A stretch of DNA of 62,854 bases, filler included, from Squatina squatina (taxonomy: Eukaryota): NCBI GenBank assembly GCA_031763465.1. It is 4 parts of 4 records of this genome, joined end to end, with 100 filler letters (N's around TTAATTAATTAA, not from the genome) between each part and the next. Parts side by side here need not be neighbours in the genome. Positions count along the whole stretch, not along the records: positions 35,109 to 50,211 come from JARFOE010000036.1; 3 more parts are not named here. One strand, written 5' to 3'. The notes under the pieces were generated by a model. It saw only the letters and a list, made by a program, of their open reading frames with translations. It was not told the origin of the DNA and did no database searches. Of the stretch, positions 36,822 to 50,311 are shown piece by piece. How positions within the stretch are numbered: position 1 is the stretch's first letter; every line of letters starts with the position of its first letter. Made by a program: the position numbers and the translations under genes.

Positions 36822-37250
36822 ATAGAATTACGTAGAATGCACAGCACAGAAAGAGGTCATTCGGCCCAAGAGGTCCATGCCGGTGTTTATGCTCCACACC
36901 AGGCTCCTCCCACCAATATCACCCTATCAGCATATCCCTCTATTCCTTTCTCCCTCTTGTGTTTAACCAGCTTCACCTTACATGCACCTGTGCTATTTGC
37001 CTCAACTACTCCATGTGGTGGCGAGTTCCACATTCTTGCCACTCTCTGGGTAAACAATTTTATCCTGAGTTCCTTATTGCATTTCTTCACGATTTTTTGT
37101 ATGTCCATTTGCCTTGTATTGATGGCCCCTAGTTTTGGACTTCCCCCACAAGTGTAAACATTTTCTCTACATCTACCTTATCGAACCCCTTCATAAATAT
37201 AAAGACCTTTTATCAGCTCACCCCTCAGCCTTCTCTTGTCTGGAGCTCCG
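36822..37250 (-). mobile_element. CR1-clade LINE, ORF2 C-terminus and 3' UTR
   Basis: LFTQRVARMWNSPPHGVVEANSTGACKVKLVKHKREKGIEGY matches the CR1 ORF2 end (FFTQRVV..WNSLP..VVEA.S...FK..LD). Confidence 0.85.
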
Positions 37251-37443
37251 GCCTGATCAGGAGTTAGCTCTGAGGGAACAGTCCCTTGGCCTCTGATCAA
37301 GTCATTGTTCTCTGCCTGTGGCCTGCTGCAGTTAAGGTGGATGGAAGTGGTCATTTTAACAGCTCAGGGCTTGCAATTCACACAAAAAAAAATATAACGG
37401 GAGCGCACAGATGGTGCAAGTGCTCGTTCTGCTACAAGGCTTG

Positions 37444-38698
37444 TTCTCCTTAGGCAGTCCGTCGGGGTCGAGGATGACTTGCTACCATTCTGGAGTTGTG
37501 GGTTCTGAGGTGACTAAGTAGTCCTATACTGGATCCACAAACCCGGCCACAGGTGGGGCAGGTGGTGTTTGATGGGGCGAGTGGATGGGATGCTCGGGTT
37601 TCCGCACGCTCCTTCCGCTGCCTGCGCTTGGCCTCCACGTGCTCCCGCCGGAGAAGCTCGAAGTGATCGGCGCCTTCGCAGATGCTTCTCCTCCAGTTCG
37701 GGCGGTCTTGGGCCGGGGATTCCCATGAGTTGGTGGGGATGTTACATTTTTTCAGGGAGGCTTTGAGGACGTCCTTGAAGCATTTCCTCTGCCATCCTGG
37801 TAATCGCTTGCCGTGACAAAGCTCGGAGTAGGGTGCTTGTTTCGGGAGTCTTGAGTCGGGCATGTGGACGATGTGACCCACCCATCGCAGCTGATTGAGT
37901 GTGACCAGTGCCTCGATGCTGGGGATGTTGGCCTGAGAGACGACGCTGACATTGGTACGCCTATCCTGCCAGTGGATTTGCAGGATTTAGCGGAGGCAAT
38001 GTTGGTGGTATTTCTCTTGAGGGGTCTACTGTACATTGTCCATGTCGCCGACGCATACAGGAGGGTGGGTATCACTGCTGCCCTGTAGACCATGAGCTTG
38101 GTGCCGGGTTCAAAAACACTTTTCCTCAGGCAGACGAAGGCTGTGCTGGCACACTGGAGGCAGTGTTGGATTTCATCGTCTATGTCTGCCCTCACTGAGA
38201 GGAGGCTCCCAAGGAATGGAAAGTGATCCACGTTGTCCGGGGGCTCGACGTGGATCTTGACAGTTTGAGGACAGTGTTGTGCGGCTGGGGCAGGCTTGAG
38301 GATGTTCAGTGTGAGGCCCATTCTCTCGTACGCCTCAGTGAATAAATCGACAATGGATTGGAGCTCAGCCTCCGAGTGGGCACACATGCAAGCGTTGTCT
38401 GCATACTGCAGTTCGATGACAGAGGCTGGGGTGATCTTGGTTCTGGATTGGAGGCGGCGGAGGTTGAACAATTTCCCACTTGTCCTGTAAATTAGCTCAA
38501 GCAGGGAGTTTCATGGAGATGGGATGGAGTATTGCGGTGAGAAAGACCGAGATGAGCATCGATGTGATGACACAAGCTTGCTTGACCCCAGTTTACACTT
38601 GTATTGGGTCTGTGGTTGAATCGTTGGTGGGGATCATGGCTTGCATGTCATCATGGAGCAGGCGGAGGATGGTGACTAATTTTTGCGGGCAGCAAATA
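37444..38698 (-). mobile_element. RTE-clade LINE, 3' part (RT domain and C-terminal C2H2 finger), frameshifted
   Basis: GVKQACVI, FNLRRL, ELQYADN (YADD), GHIVHMPDSRLPKQ..YSEL..GKR, AQDRPNWR, CPTCGRVCGSSIGLLSHLRTH, and a short GAA-type tail. Confidence 0.92.
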
Positions 38699-39533
38699 NN
38701 NNNNNNNNNNNNNNNNNNNNNNNNNNNNNNNNNNNNNNNNNNNNNNNNNNNNNNNNNNNNNNNNNNNNNNNNNNNNNNNNNNNNNNNNNNNNNNNNNNGA
38801 GTGCTACCCACTGAGTCATGGCTGACACCATATTGGTGAGAGCAAAAATGACAAAAGGCTTCCATGGGATCTCAGTTTCTGGTTGGAGTAGGTAGCTGAA
38901 TCACAATGACCAAAATGTTCACCTCCTGCTCTGTGCTGAAGCTAGCTGATTTCAGCGAAAGAGCCGAAAGCGGCTGTTACGTCTTACATGCCATCGTCTC
39001 CGCACTTGCGAAGGCAAAACTGGCGAAGCTTCCCTCTCTTGGTTTCAATTCAGTGACAACTGTTGGAAAGTGAGCATGCACAGACGTCCAATGGGGATAA
39101 TATTGCGCTCAGCTATGGCGCCCCTTGGTGAAGTTGTTTTCCAGCCCTCCCTGACTGAGCTCAGACATGAAGAATGACCTCTTGGCCAGAGTGAGCTGTA
39201 CCCAGCTGGAGCCAGTACCTGCAGGAGAAGGAACAGAAAGCAAATGGAAGAACATTGGCATCAAAATGATTCAAAGAGAGATCTACTTGCCCTATAAAAG
39301 CAATTGTAATTTCCATCTCTTTAATATGGCAGGACATAAAATGCTATAATTGGACAAAACTGTACAAAGTTAAACTTCCCACAGATAAACAACCAATTGA
39401 CTAGACAGTTAATGTAAATGACAAGCACATTGCATAGTTCATTGGACAGGAATGAGCATATTTAAATTTGAATCACATTATCATGTGGAGCAAGTAATAA
39501 GAAGGTCTCTGTCAAGAAAGTTGGGACATTTTG

Positions 39534-40215
39534 TTCTCCTTCTTAGGCAGTCCCTTGGGGTCGAGGATGACTTGCTTCCACTCCGCAGATGTGGGTTATG
39601 AGGTGATTAAATAGTCCTATACTGGATCCACAGACTCTCCCACTGGTGGGGCAGGTGGTGTTTGATGGGGCGAGAGGGTGGGATGCTCGTGTTTCCACGT
39701 GCTCGTTCCACTGCCTGCGATTGGCCTCCACGTGCTCCCGCCGGAGAAGCTCGACGTGATCGACACCTTCGCGGATGCTTCTCCTCCAGTTCGGGCGGTC
39801 TTGGGCCAGTGATTCCCATGAGTCGGTGAAGATGTTATATTTTTTCAGCAAGGCTTTGAGGACACCCGTGAAGCACTTCCTCTGTCCTCCTGGTAATCAT
39901 TTGCCATGACGGAGCTTGGAGCAGACTGTTTGTTTCGGGAGGCTTGTGTCAGGCATGTGGACGATGTGGTCCACCCATCGCAGCTGATTGAGCGTGACCA
40001 GTGCATTGATGCTGGGGATGTTGGCCTGAGAGAGGACGCTGATATTGGTACAACTATCCTGCCAGTGGATTTGCAGAATTTTGCGGAGGCAGCGTTGGTG
40101 ATATTTCTCCAGTGTTTTGAGGTGTCTACTGTACATTGTCCATGTGTCCGACTCATGCAAGTGGGCAGGTATCACTGCTGCCCTGTAGACCATGAGCTCA
40201 GGTTTGAGGTCCTGG
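39534..40215 (-). mobile_element. Second copy of the same RTE LINE family, 5'-truncated
   Basis: Colinear and highly similar to 37444-38110 (MVYRAAVIP...WTMYSRHLKTLEKYHQRCLRKILQIHWQD). Confidence 0.92.
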
Positions 40216-41713
40216 GGGTCCCCATTGGTGTGCCTTCGTGCCCGGGTCGCGATCAGTGGCAGTACNNNNNNNNNNNNNNNNNNNNNNNNNNNNNNNNNNN
40301 NNNNNNNNNNNNNNNNNNNNNNNNNNNNNNNNNNNNNNNNNNNNNNNNNNNNNNNNNNNNNNNNNTTTCATTTACTTAGCAAGCATCTGTGCCCTGACAG
40401 TAGCCCATTTAACCGACCGGACCAGCAAAGGGACGTGGGGACTGCCACGGTTTGTAGACGCTGCAAAGATTACACTATTTTAATTTGAGGTCTGCTCGGC
40501 AAAGCAGAAAGCAATTTAGTTTGGGCAGAATTTAATATGTCGAGCACATCAACAGAGTTGTCTGTTTGCCTATAAAAATAACAGACAGATTGCAGCGCAC
40601 AAGTTGTCATTTGGAAGATGCACCACAAATGCCAAGGGAACTCATTTATTGAATCATCTGGAGCAGGATCTAAGCAACATTTGGGACAGGGAGGAGGAGG
40701 GGAGGGCGGGCGGTGAGGAGAATGTTGTTGCACGTTTTGGCACTTGCTTTTAACAGGAGGTACCAGTAAACATCACAGGACAAAACATTTGAAAAATATG
40801 AAGTGCTTTCTCATTATCCGCTGAGTGCCATTAAATGGAGCGTACTTGAATCTCCACTTCACATAACAGATGTCATCCCTGTTACCAGTAGGAAGAAGAG
40901 AAAAGCTTTCAATACCAGCCAGTGGACTCGAGCATGNNNNNNNNNNNNNNNNNNNNNNNNNNNNNNNNNNNNNNNNNNNNNNNNNNNNNNNNNNNNNNNN
41001 NNNNNNNNNNNNNNNNNNNNNNNNNNNNNNNNNNNNCCCTCGTGCATGGTACCTATGTGTGTGGACCTTGGGCGAGAGCAGAATCAGTCTCTGCATGGAC
41101 ATAACTCTCCTCACAAAGTTGCTAAGGCCAATTGGACAAGGCACCAGAGGGGCAATTGATGCCAATGGAAGCGCGCCTCAGTGGAGCGTTGACATCTTCA
41201 GGAGGGGAAGGGAGAAGGGAAGCCCCCTGCTATGAGATGCAACTTCCCTAACATCTCATCAAGCAACGACATGGAGGAAGACTTTGTGTGGAGTGGTTTC
41301 TGCTCACAGTGTTATTTTAATAGCCAGGCTTCACTCTACACCACAATAGACTCTTGATCCCACAGTGTTATTTTGGTTGGAAGTGTGCTGTTACTGTGGG
41401 TATTCCATATGTTTGGCATGTAGTGGGTGTTCTCTGCACAGCATGTGTACTCTGTTGGACACAGTCAGTGCTGTTCTGTTTATTTCAGAGCTGTCTCTTG
41501 TGCGTTGCATCATTTTCGTTTTCCTGTTCAGCAGCCACCTAATCAGTTGCTGGTTACTGGAAACACCGATTAGATATTGCTTGTTAGTGCCACTGTTCGA
41601 TAAGTGGGGTTCGTGGAGTTGCTCGTAGCTGGATTTTGAAAGTGTGGGGTCCGGCTAGTGACAATCACTGAGAAAATTTAAGATCTGGTTAATGTTTCAT
41701 GTTTTTAATTCCC

Positions 41714-41796
41714 ATGTTTCCCCTCGTGGGGGAATCTAGAACTAGGGGGCATAGTCTCAGAATAAGGGGTCGCCCATTTAAGACTGAGATGAGGAG
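41714..41796 (+). mobile_element. CR1 LINE ORF2 fragment
   Basis: MFPLVGESRTRGHSLRIRGRPFKTEMR. A related fragment lies at 35598-35654. Confidence 0.8.
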
Positions 41797-42738
41797 NNNN
41801 NNNNNNNNNNNNNNNNNNNNNNNNNNNNNNNNNNNNNNNNNNNNNNNNNNNNNNNNNNNNNNNNNNNNNNNNNNNNNNNNNNNNNNNNNNNNNNNNCAGT
41901 AACATAACCACTATGCTACCATACCCCGTCAGGATGGGCAGCCCTGTGCTCAGTTTTTTCAGTCAACGATTGCAAATACGTTGCCTTCTTATTTCTGACA
42001 AGCATAATGATCCCGCTGATGATCTTGAAGGCAGCAGGCCCCTTCTCCGGTGCAGCAGGTTTCACCGTGGGATTCACAGCTTCTCGCCTCAAGGACACCT
42101 TTCAACAGCCGCGCTGAAAACACGTCTGGTGCAGAAGGAGCAATCGGCAAGGTGTTGTGGGATGTGACGGCCTGCCTCCCCCCCACCCACCAACCAATAG
42201 ATGTGGTCGGTGTCCCGACCAGCTGGCCAGCTATTTGATCCGCTAAATGTTACTTCAGTAGAGGAGCAGGGATGAATATTCATAAGCCAACATCACTGCT
42301 ACACCAGTGTGGCAGCTGCCTTGCTCATTTGACAGTGATAATAACACATGTTGTGGGACTAAAATTAACAAAATACTCCCAGTTGTTGATACTTATTTAT
42401 TGAAAGACTAATGCTTCTGTGGTTTTAGCTCCCGCAAACCGTGCGACTGGCGCTCTTTGTCACAGGGCAATTTCATGATTTTTTTTGTCAATTATCAGTT
42501 ATCACGCATTTAACGAACTTTGTGTGCTGCCATTATATTCGTTANNNNNNNNNNNNNNNNNNNNNNNNNNNNNNNNNNNNNNNNNNNNNNNNNNNNNNNN
42601 NNNNNNNNNNNNNNNNNNNNNNNNNNNNNNNNNNNNNNNNNNNNCAACTTCTCCAAAACTCTGTATCCTGTCCCACACATCAAATCCTGCTCACCCCCAT
42701 CTCCACTGACCGACATTATTTCCCCGTTTAAAATTCTT

Positions 42739-43070
42739 GGGGGCGAAATTGCCCTGCGCACCGATTGTGAACAGTAACCTTCTGGGGCCGGGATTTTTAG
42801 TACCCAGCGCAGAAGTACTGCCCCTGCCGCGGAATTGCCCTTACCGCGCTCCACTTCCTTTGGGTGCTGTAATCGGGGCGATGCTGGGGCGCTCAAAGAA
42901 GCTCTACGTGGATGTTCCATGTAACGCTGACCTGCTTCAATGTTGCTCTCCTTCGATTAAAGGGAAGGGCTGCTGTACACACTGCAAGGCCTCTGATGGC
43001 CTCCAGCAGGCCACCAGGGCAGCGTGTAACCGGGCCTGCAGCCTGGCATCCAAGACCACCCCCTCCCCCC
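42739..43070. mobile_element. GC-rich MITE-like element
   Basis: Starts GGGGGCGAAATTGCCCTGCGC, the motif shared with 161-175 and 22931. Right end is approximate. Confidence 0.45.
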
Positions 43071-44349
43071 CCATAAACATTGTCTACATTAGGGATAATG
43101 TATAAATACATGTTGTTGTTTGAATCAATCTGGTGCAATCAGTCCAACTCAGATGTCACCATTTCTACTGCAAGTGTTTGGATCCAATATCCTTTAAGTA
43201 CAAGGTAAGTTCTATTACTAGTTATGTGTTATTTTCCAACCACTTTTATTTAAATGGTAAGAATAGTGACCTACTCAAAAACAAATCTGTTGAAATTTAA
43301 ATTAGAGCCATTCAGCTATGGACTTTTCTAACCAGTGTTACAGCTAAAAAAAACTGTAGGCTTATCACTTTTGAATATGCAAGTCATACACACAGTTATT
43401 AGGGTCAATGATGCTGGGCCTGATGGGCTGCCTCTTTGCAACTGAGCAGCAGACTGACCTTGAGAGAGGGAGGAGAGAAGGAGGGGGGAGCGAGGGAGGA
43501 GGGGAGCGGGGGGTGCGGGTGTAGTGCCCACTTGAGCCGATCCGTAAATACTCTCGGAAAAAAGTGGCTGGAGGCAATGCCAAGTGAGGACTTGGTTAAA
43601 AAAAAGTACTTTGGACAGGATTGCAAAGTGAAGGCGAGTGCGAGGGCCTAGGTATATTAGAGTGTGGTTTTTTAAATTCTTTGTGTTATGCATACCTCAG
43701 TCACAGAACACTAAACAATTATTTTATATGTCAATGAGGCCTTGTGCCAACATAAATACAGTCAAGGCCATCCTGGGATTAAGTCCGATAAATTTACCAC
43801 ACTGCCGCACCCCCCCAGCTCCCCACCTCCCCACACACTCCTAGGCCTCAATATTTCCAAACATTTGATAGCAACAATGTCCCGGTCTTGTTGGAAAGCT
43901 AGAATCTCCTGCTTTCACTGGTGAGCTGTTCGGCTGAATCTGTAACTTTGTGATAAATGGATGTGTGTCGTCTTAGTGAGCAATTATGCAGGGATGTGCC
44001 AAAGAAGTGCACTTGGTTCTGCTGTGTTTCTCATCATCTTCAGTGACCTGGGGGAACATCACCAGAAGTAATGTTCCTATTTATCATCGACGACATTGTA
44101 GCAAGTGATAAACTCGCCATGTGAAAGACAAGTCAATGACTGGGCCATTGCAGGCAGAAATAGATAGAACTACACATGAAGCTGACAAAATTAAGTCTTA
44201 TTTTCGGTATAGCGAAAACCAACATCAGGGATCTCTTCTGGGGTTCTACCCATGCGCTGCCACACTTGTGCCACACTTTTGGCACAATATTCAGCGGAAA
44301 CTGCGTTATCACATCTATCCGAGATTACTGCGAATCTTTTGCCAAAGTT

Positions 44350-44516
44350 CCTTAAGACGCTCCTTAAAACCTAGCTCTTTGACCAAGCTTTTGGTCATCT
44401 GCCCTGATCTCTTCTTATGTCGCTCGATGTCAATTTTTTTTTTGCCTTATAGATGCGACTTGGGACATTTTACTACATTAAAGGCGCTATATAAATACAA
44501 GTTGTTGTTGTTGTTG
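44350..44516 (+). mobile_element. L2-clade LINE 3' end with (TTG)n tail
   Basis: CTCCTTAAAACCTAGCTCTTTGACCAAGCTTTTGGTCA...AAAGGCGCTATATAAATACAAGTTGTTGTTGTTG. Confidence 0.75.
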
Positions 44517-45548
44517 ATCAGGAGAAGCCCTGGGACAGGTCAATAACTCTCTTGAGAAAGCTTGACACAGCTGTTGCCTCCACACTGCCACCCTCCAGCT
44601 GACCAACCTCTCTTCAGCTATACGATCGAGCTTCACAGCCTGGTTCGAGCTCTTCCGCTAACTCAGTCAGGGAGAGACTGGGGGATCGTTTGGCCGAAAT
44701 TTCTGACTCCGAGTTGGCTGGATTTTGGATCGCGGGAGACCGAGCAAATTCAGGGTATAATTGGAACCGGGGTTGTCAATAAAGACTTGTCACAGATGCT
44801 GCAAAAGTAATCAGAGCTAAAACTCAACACAGCGATCCAAATGACACCTTCACTCAAACATGACGAAATGTCAGACAGCAGGTCAGAGGCCAACTAAAGA
44901 GTAAAAAGGGCATGGTTCTGTGGAGGTCATTGTTTAGGCCTGGTGTAAGGAAGGAAATGGAATGATCCTCACGAAACAGCTAAGCTGGCAAGTACCTGTG
45001 CCCTGTAACCATGTCACTTAGCCGAGATAACAGCAGCCCAGTGCGTAATCAAAGATGCAGGAAACGTGATAACCTGGGGCGTTTTCAACACTCCATCAGC
45101 GCAATCTTGTTAAAGCAGTTATCAATAGTGATAAACGGCATGACCAGGAGTCATTGTGGGTCTTGACTTTGTGTGACAGTGTACAACGGGTGATAGAGAA
45201 CCAGCAGCCCATAAATCCGTCCCGATTTTTATCACAACAACAACAACTTTTATTTATATAGCACCTTTAACGTAGTACAAAACGTCCCAAGGCGCTTCGC
45301 AGGAGTGTTAAGAGCCAAAGATTTGTCCAAGTAGGTGAAGCCCTCGCTCCTGCACCATTCCTGCAGCCACACGTTCAACTGCACACGCTCCTTATTCCGA
45401 GCCTCACCATCACGCGGCACCGGCAGCAGACCAGAGATGACAACTCTGNNNNNNNNNNNNNNNNNNNNNNNNNNNNNNNNNNNNNNNNNNNNNNNNNNNN
45501 NNNNNNNNNNNNNNNNNNNNNNNNNNNNNNNNNNNNNNNNNNNNNNNN

Positions 45549-45656
45549 CGCAACAGCCAACTTACGCACAGCAAGCTCCCACAAACAGCAATGTGATAAT
45601 GACCAGGTGGACTGTTTTTTGTTATGTTGATTGAGGGATAAATATTGATCAGGACA
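45549..45656 (-). mobile_element. Deu-domain SINE fragment
   Basis: Reverse complement of 21530-21630. Confidence 0.75.
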
Positions 45657-46438
45657 AATCACAACAAGTATTTCTTGTTAAAAAGAAAAAGTAAAGTACC
45701 GTTCACACAACACTGTCAATTATAATATCTGTGGTTTATCCCATTATCCTGATCCTAAATTCAATTCCTGGAAGGATTTTTTTTAAGATTGTGATAGCCT
45801 TTAAATCCCTCGTGATATTTTACAGGGTTTTTTTTGGCAAACTATTTTTTAAAATAAATAGTTGTGATTAAAGGAGAAGAACGTGTTTTAATCTCGGGGA
45901 GCAGCAAGTGGCAGGGAATGTACGAGTGTTGTAAAGTCAGGCCTGTGCGCGAAGGACAAATGCCGATCATTTAATTTTTTTGTTAATTTATCTCCCCCCC
46001 CGCCCCCACACTCCCCCCACCCCGCCATTTCCATTTATAAACAAGTTGCCTAGCTTAGAGGTAGGGGGAATTTTTTTTGTATTAAAAAAAAAGGGACAAA
46101 ATTAAATTGTTGGTTTGTTAATCTGATCATTCCTATTAAGAGGAGCAGCTGGTTTGGGTCTAGTGGGACTGTGTGTATTTCTAATGGTGTGTGATGCCCC
46201 CGACCTGCCATAGTACAGAGAGTGAGAGAGAGAAAAAAAAATGAAAAATTCATAAATGCTGGACTTTGCTTATTCATTGCATATGAAGTAGTCGATTTGG
46301 CAAATTGCATTCTATCTCCGACTGCACAGTCCCTCTTTAGGAGCATCGATTGGCTGCCTGGTAGGCGTGACTTTGCCAAATAGGTGGGCCTTAAGCTGGC
46401 AAGAACTCAAGCAAATGGTTGGGGATTGTGTGGGGAAA

Positions 46439-46451
46439 GAGAGAGCAAGCG

Positions 46452-46503
<52 letters not shown>
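46439..46503 (+). repeat. (GA)n microsatellite, possibly in the NFIX 5' region
   Basis: Near-perfect GA run about 1 kb (assembled) upstream of NFIX exon 2. Confidence 0.9.
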
Positions 46504-46504
<1 letters not shown>

Positions 46505-47008
46505 AAGCTGCAGTCTTCTCTGCCAGCGGTCTCATACTCACTCAAACCCGGCAATCCGTCCCTCCATTGCGACGATTTCTCATTCCAAATAGGCCAGAGG
46601 AGCCCNNNNNNNNNNGCCCTGCGATCAGACGAACTTTCTTTTTTTTTTTGGCCAAGGCTGTCTGTGCACGATTAAGTCCTTTAAAAAAAAATATAAAGCC
46701 GTTTGCTGGAAGTGTCATATTTTGTATGTGTGTGCACGAGGCAGTGTACCTATTTGCCCCGTATTGGGTATAATCATTGAACGCAGAGCAGATCTCAGTG
46801 TAATGAGAGTTCGAAATGGTAACTATTTAAAAAATGCCTGCACAGACGCAATGGAACTGAATTTTACCACTGTGTGCATGTGTGCGTTTTGCAAAGCTAC
46901 CGTGTCTTNNNNNNNNNNNNNNNNNNNNNNNNNNNNNNNNNNNNNNNNNNNNNNNNNNNNNNNNNNNNNNNNNNNNNNNNNNNNNNNNNNNNNNNNNNNN
47001 NNNNNNNN

Positions 47009-47116
47009 GTTATAGAGTTTGCGGATCCAGTACAGGACTATTTAGTCACCTCAGAACCCACAATTCTGGAGTGGAAGCAAGTCATCCTCGCCCCGAGGGA
47101 CTGCCTAAGAAGAAGA
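47009..47116 (+). mobile_element. RTE LINE 3' end (third copy)
   Basis: RVCGSSTGLFSHLRTH...GGGACTGCCTAAGAAGAAGA, the reverse complement of 37444-37550. Confidence 0.88.
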
Positions 47117-47339
47117 TAAATGCACACCAGCACATATATAAGGAATGCTTTTTACCAAGAAGTTGCAACACCGTGCCACCTGGGCCTTAAAACGCTTCCC
47201 TTTGCCTTGATCTCCAACATTCACGCACTGTAGCTTCTCTGCTTCATATTACTGCTAACACCAAGTAAATAAAAGCTCAATAAAACATCTCAGTTTAATA
47301 CAACTCTACTTGAAATGATATAAAACTGGTCTTGGGTGA

Positions 47340-47678
<339 letters not shown>

Positions 47679-48539
47679 TAGGGCAAATGCACATGAATGA
47701 ATGAATGTCCACAACAAAGATGCATAGGACAGCATAAGTCAGTTTTATATGAGAAAATCCTAGAATTGCCAACAAAAGTAATTATTGCAGATNNNNNNNN
47801 NNNNNNNNNNNNNNNNNNNNNNNNNNNNNNNNNNNNNNNNNNNNNNNNNNNNNNNNNNNNNNNNNNNNNNNNNNNNNNNNNNNNNNNNNNNNCCCAAAGT
47901 GCAGTTTGGAGCGGAGTGTTCAAAGGAGTCCATTTTAAATCCATAAAGGGAGCTCATTGGACAAGGAGCTGTGTTGGCCTCAATGAAAGTGATTTCTGAT
48001 TGGTGCCAGTGACGCACGCTTATTTTGACATTGCTGTTACCCTGGAAACCGCAGTCCACATGGACAGTGGTGGAGAAACACTGAGAGGGCCTTCGACATC
48101 TGTCAGCAATTTAACAAAATGACAGAATGGGTTTTAAAATATTTCCATATTTTTACACATTTTGAACTGTTTATGTACTGAAAAAACCGCCAAAGCCAAA
48201 CATGAAAAAGATGCTGAATAAAAAGGATTCTTTGATAGCGCAGAACCTTCCTGGAGGAATACGAACGCTGTGTAAATCTTGTTTTGCCGATGTGGAAATG
48301 TTTTTTTAACCCTGAGTGGTTTATCGACACCGGCTGGACCCCAGTGTGGGCTCCACCCTCAGAGCACACTCGAGCCTGTGTTACCCTGCACAACTTCTGC
48401 AGCTGCACTTCCTGCTGCTCCGTGCATCTCCATTTTCCCAGCAAGAATTTTGTTTCCAGCGGTGGGGCAGTCTCGAAACATGCCCAGTGCCATCACTTGA
48501 ACAATGCGGATTGAACAGTGGTAGATAGAAACAGCGCAC

Positions 48540-48864
48540 TCTACATATTATAGGTTATAGCGCACCCTGAGTATATAATATGGTATATCACACTCCATGT
48601 ATATTATAGGGTATATCACAACCTATGTATATTATAGGGTATATCACACCCTGTGTATACTATAGGGTATATCACACCCTGTGTATATTATCGGGCACGT
48701 CACACCATGTGTATACTATAGGGTATATCACACCCTGTGTGTATATTATAGGGTATATCAAACCCTATGTATATTGTAGGGTATAGCACACCCTATGTAT
48801 ATTATAGGGTATATCACATACTATGTGTATTATAGGGTATATCACACCTTTTGTATATTAAAGG
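48540..48864. repeat. 28-bp minisatellite (ATATTATAGGGTATATCACACCCT[A/G]TGT), runs into a gap
   Basis: TAGGGTATATCAC recurs at 48607, 48635 and 48663 (period 28); about 11 copies. Confidence 0.93.
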
Positions 48865-50211
48865 NNNNNNNNNNNNNNNNNNNNNNNNNNNNNNNNNNNN
48901 NNNNNNNNNNNNNNNNNNNNNNNNNNNNNNNNNNNNNNNNNNNNNNNNNNNNNNNNNNNNNNNNACGACCCAGGACTAGTTAAAACATATGCTTAAACGA
49001 ACAAAGAAAGTTCACACACACACGGAAAAAAATTAAAAGAAAATTCAGGGGGGCGGGGGGATAGAAAAGCTTAGCAGCCAAGCGATTAAGATTCAACAGA
49101 TGTCTGAGGCTGCTCTTGATTTTGTTTTGCATCCATGTGAAAGAACGAGTGAGAAATTAAAGCTGCATTTTGAAATCTTTGCACATACTTGACTGTGCTG
49201 TATTGCTAGGAGCCGGGCCCTTTGTGAGCCTTCGCAGAGGGTTCTGGAATGTCTGCACACACATTGTTATGCAGGGTTGAAGAAGTGTAGCGTTTGGATC
49301 ATTTCCAGTAGGCCCATTTTTTTTTTAATATAAATTTTTTTTTTTCCCAAAGTTTTAACTCTTTCCCTGCTCAATCCATTTCCCCTCCGCCAACCCCGCA
49401 CGCCCTCCCTGCCCCTCCACTTTGAATCCAGCAGTGTCCAATTCTTCAATCAGGCTCTCGGCCCTTTGGCGTTAACGGCATNNNNNNNNNNNNNNNNNNN
49501 NNNNNNNNNNNNNNNNNNNNNNNNNNNNNNNNNNNNNNNNNNNNNNNNNNNNNNNNNNNNNNNNNNNNNNNNNNNNNNNNNTGGGGAGTGGCTAAAGTAA
49601 TGTTCAAAGAGCGTTCCCATGGCAACACCTCAGTCTTGATCTCAGTCCATGAACTCTAGATTTGCATTTTTCTTATAACAAAAAAAAATGGAGTTTTCTT
49701 TATAGTAAGTAAAATAATCATAAAACAAGCCATCTTTTATATGAAATACCTTGTGAAACAGGTGCCTCACTTATTGAACTCTGTCGGATGTTCAATGCAG
49801 GCTCTGTGTTTTGCGTCTCGTACTTTAATTTCAGCCACGGTCAGGGAGTGCTAAGTGCCAGTTTTCCAACGTATACTTATTTTTCACATAAAGCTGTTTT
49901 TCATATGCTCCAGCTTAGGAAAGCACTCGTGTTCCTTCGCAGGGTAATATTATACTTTTCTGACTGAGCGCCAAACAGATGCTGAGGCTTGGACGTCACC
50001 CAGCAGGTCCGATCGCACTGGAGCGTTTGGGAGCGGCTGCTTGCAGAGTTCTGAGGGCTCCAGTGTTGCTTCGTCAACGGGGGCCGGCTCGTCAACGGCA
50101 GAGACCATTAGTGGGTTGAAGGGGCCGACGGCTCAGGGGGTTTTTTTTGCGCTCGTTAGGGCACGAGTGCAAACCAGAAAAGCGCATTGTTACAATCTTT
50201 CCCCGCCCTAC

Positions 50212-50311
50212 NNNNNNNNNNNNNNNNNNNNNNNNNNNNNNNNNNNNNNNNNNNNTTAATTAATTAANNNNNNNNNNNNNNNNNNNNNNNNNNNNNNNNN
50301 NNNNNNNNNNN
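50212..50311. other. Artificial scaffold-joining spacer
   Basis: N44-TTAATTAATTAA-N44; core at 50256-50267. Confidence 0.97.

Noticed and set aside
46312-46773. ER/SL-repeat ORFs
   Set aside because: These are translations of the (GA)n microsatellite.
48279-48528. Cys-rich short ORFs as a possible DAND5 or cystine-knot gene
   Set aside because: Cys spacing does not fit CxGxC/CxC, and the position is downstream of NFIX exon 2.
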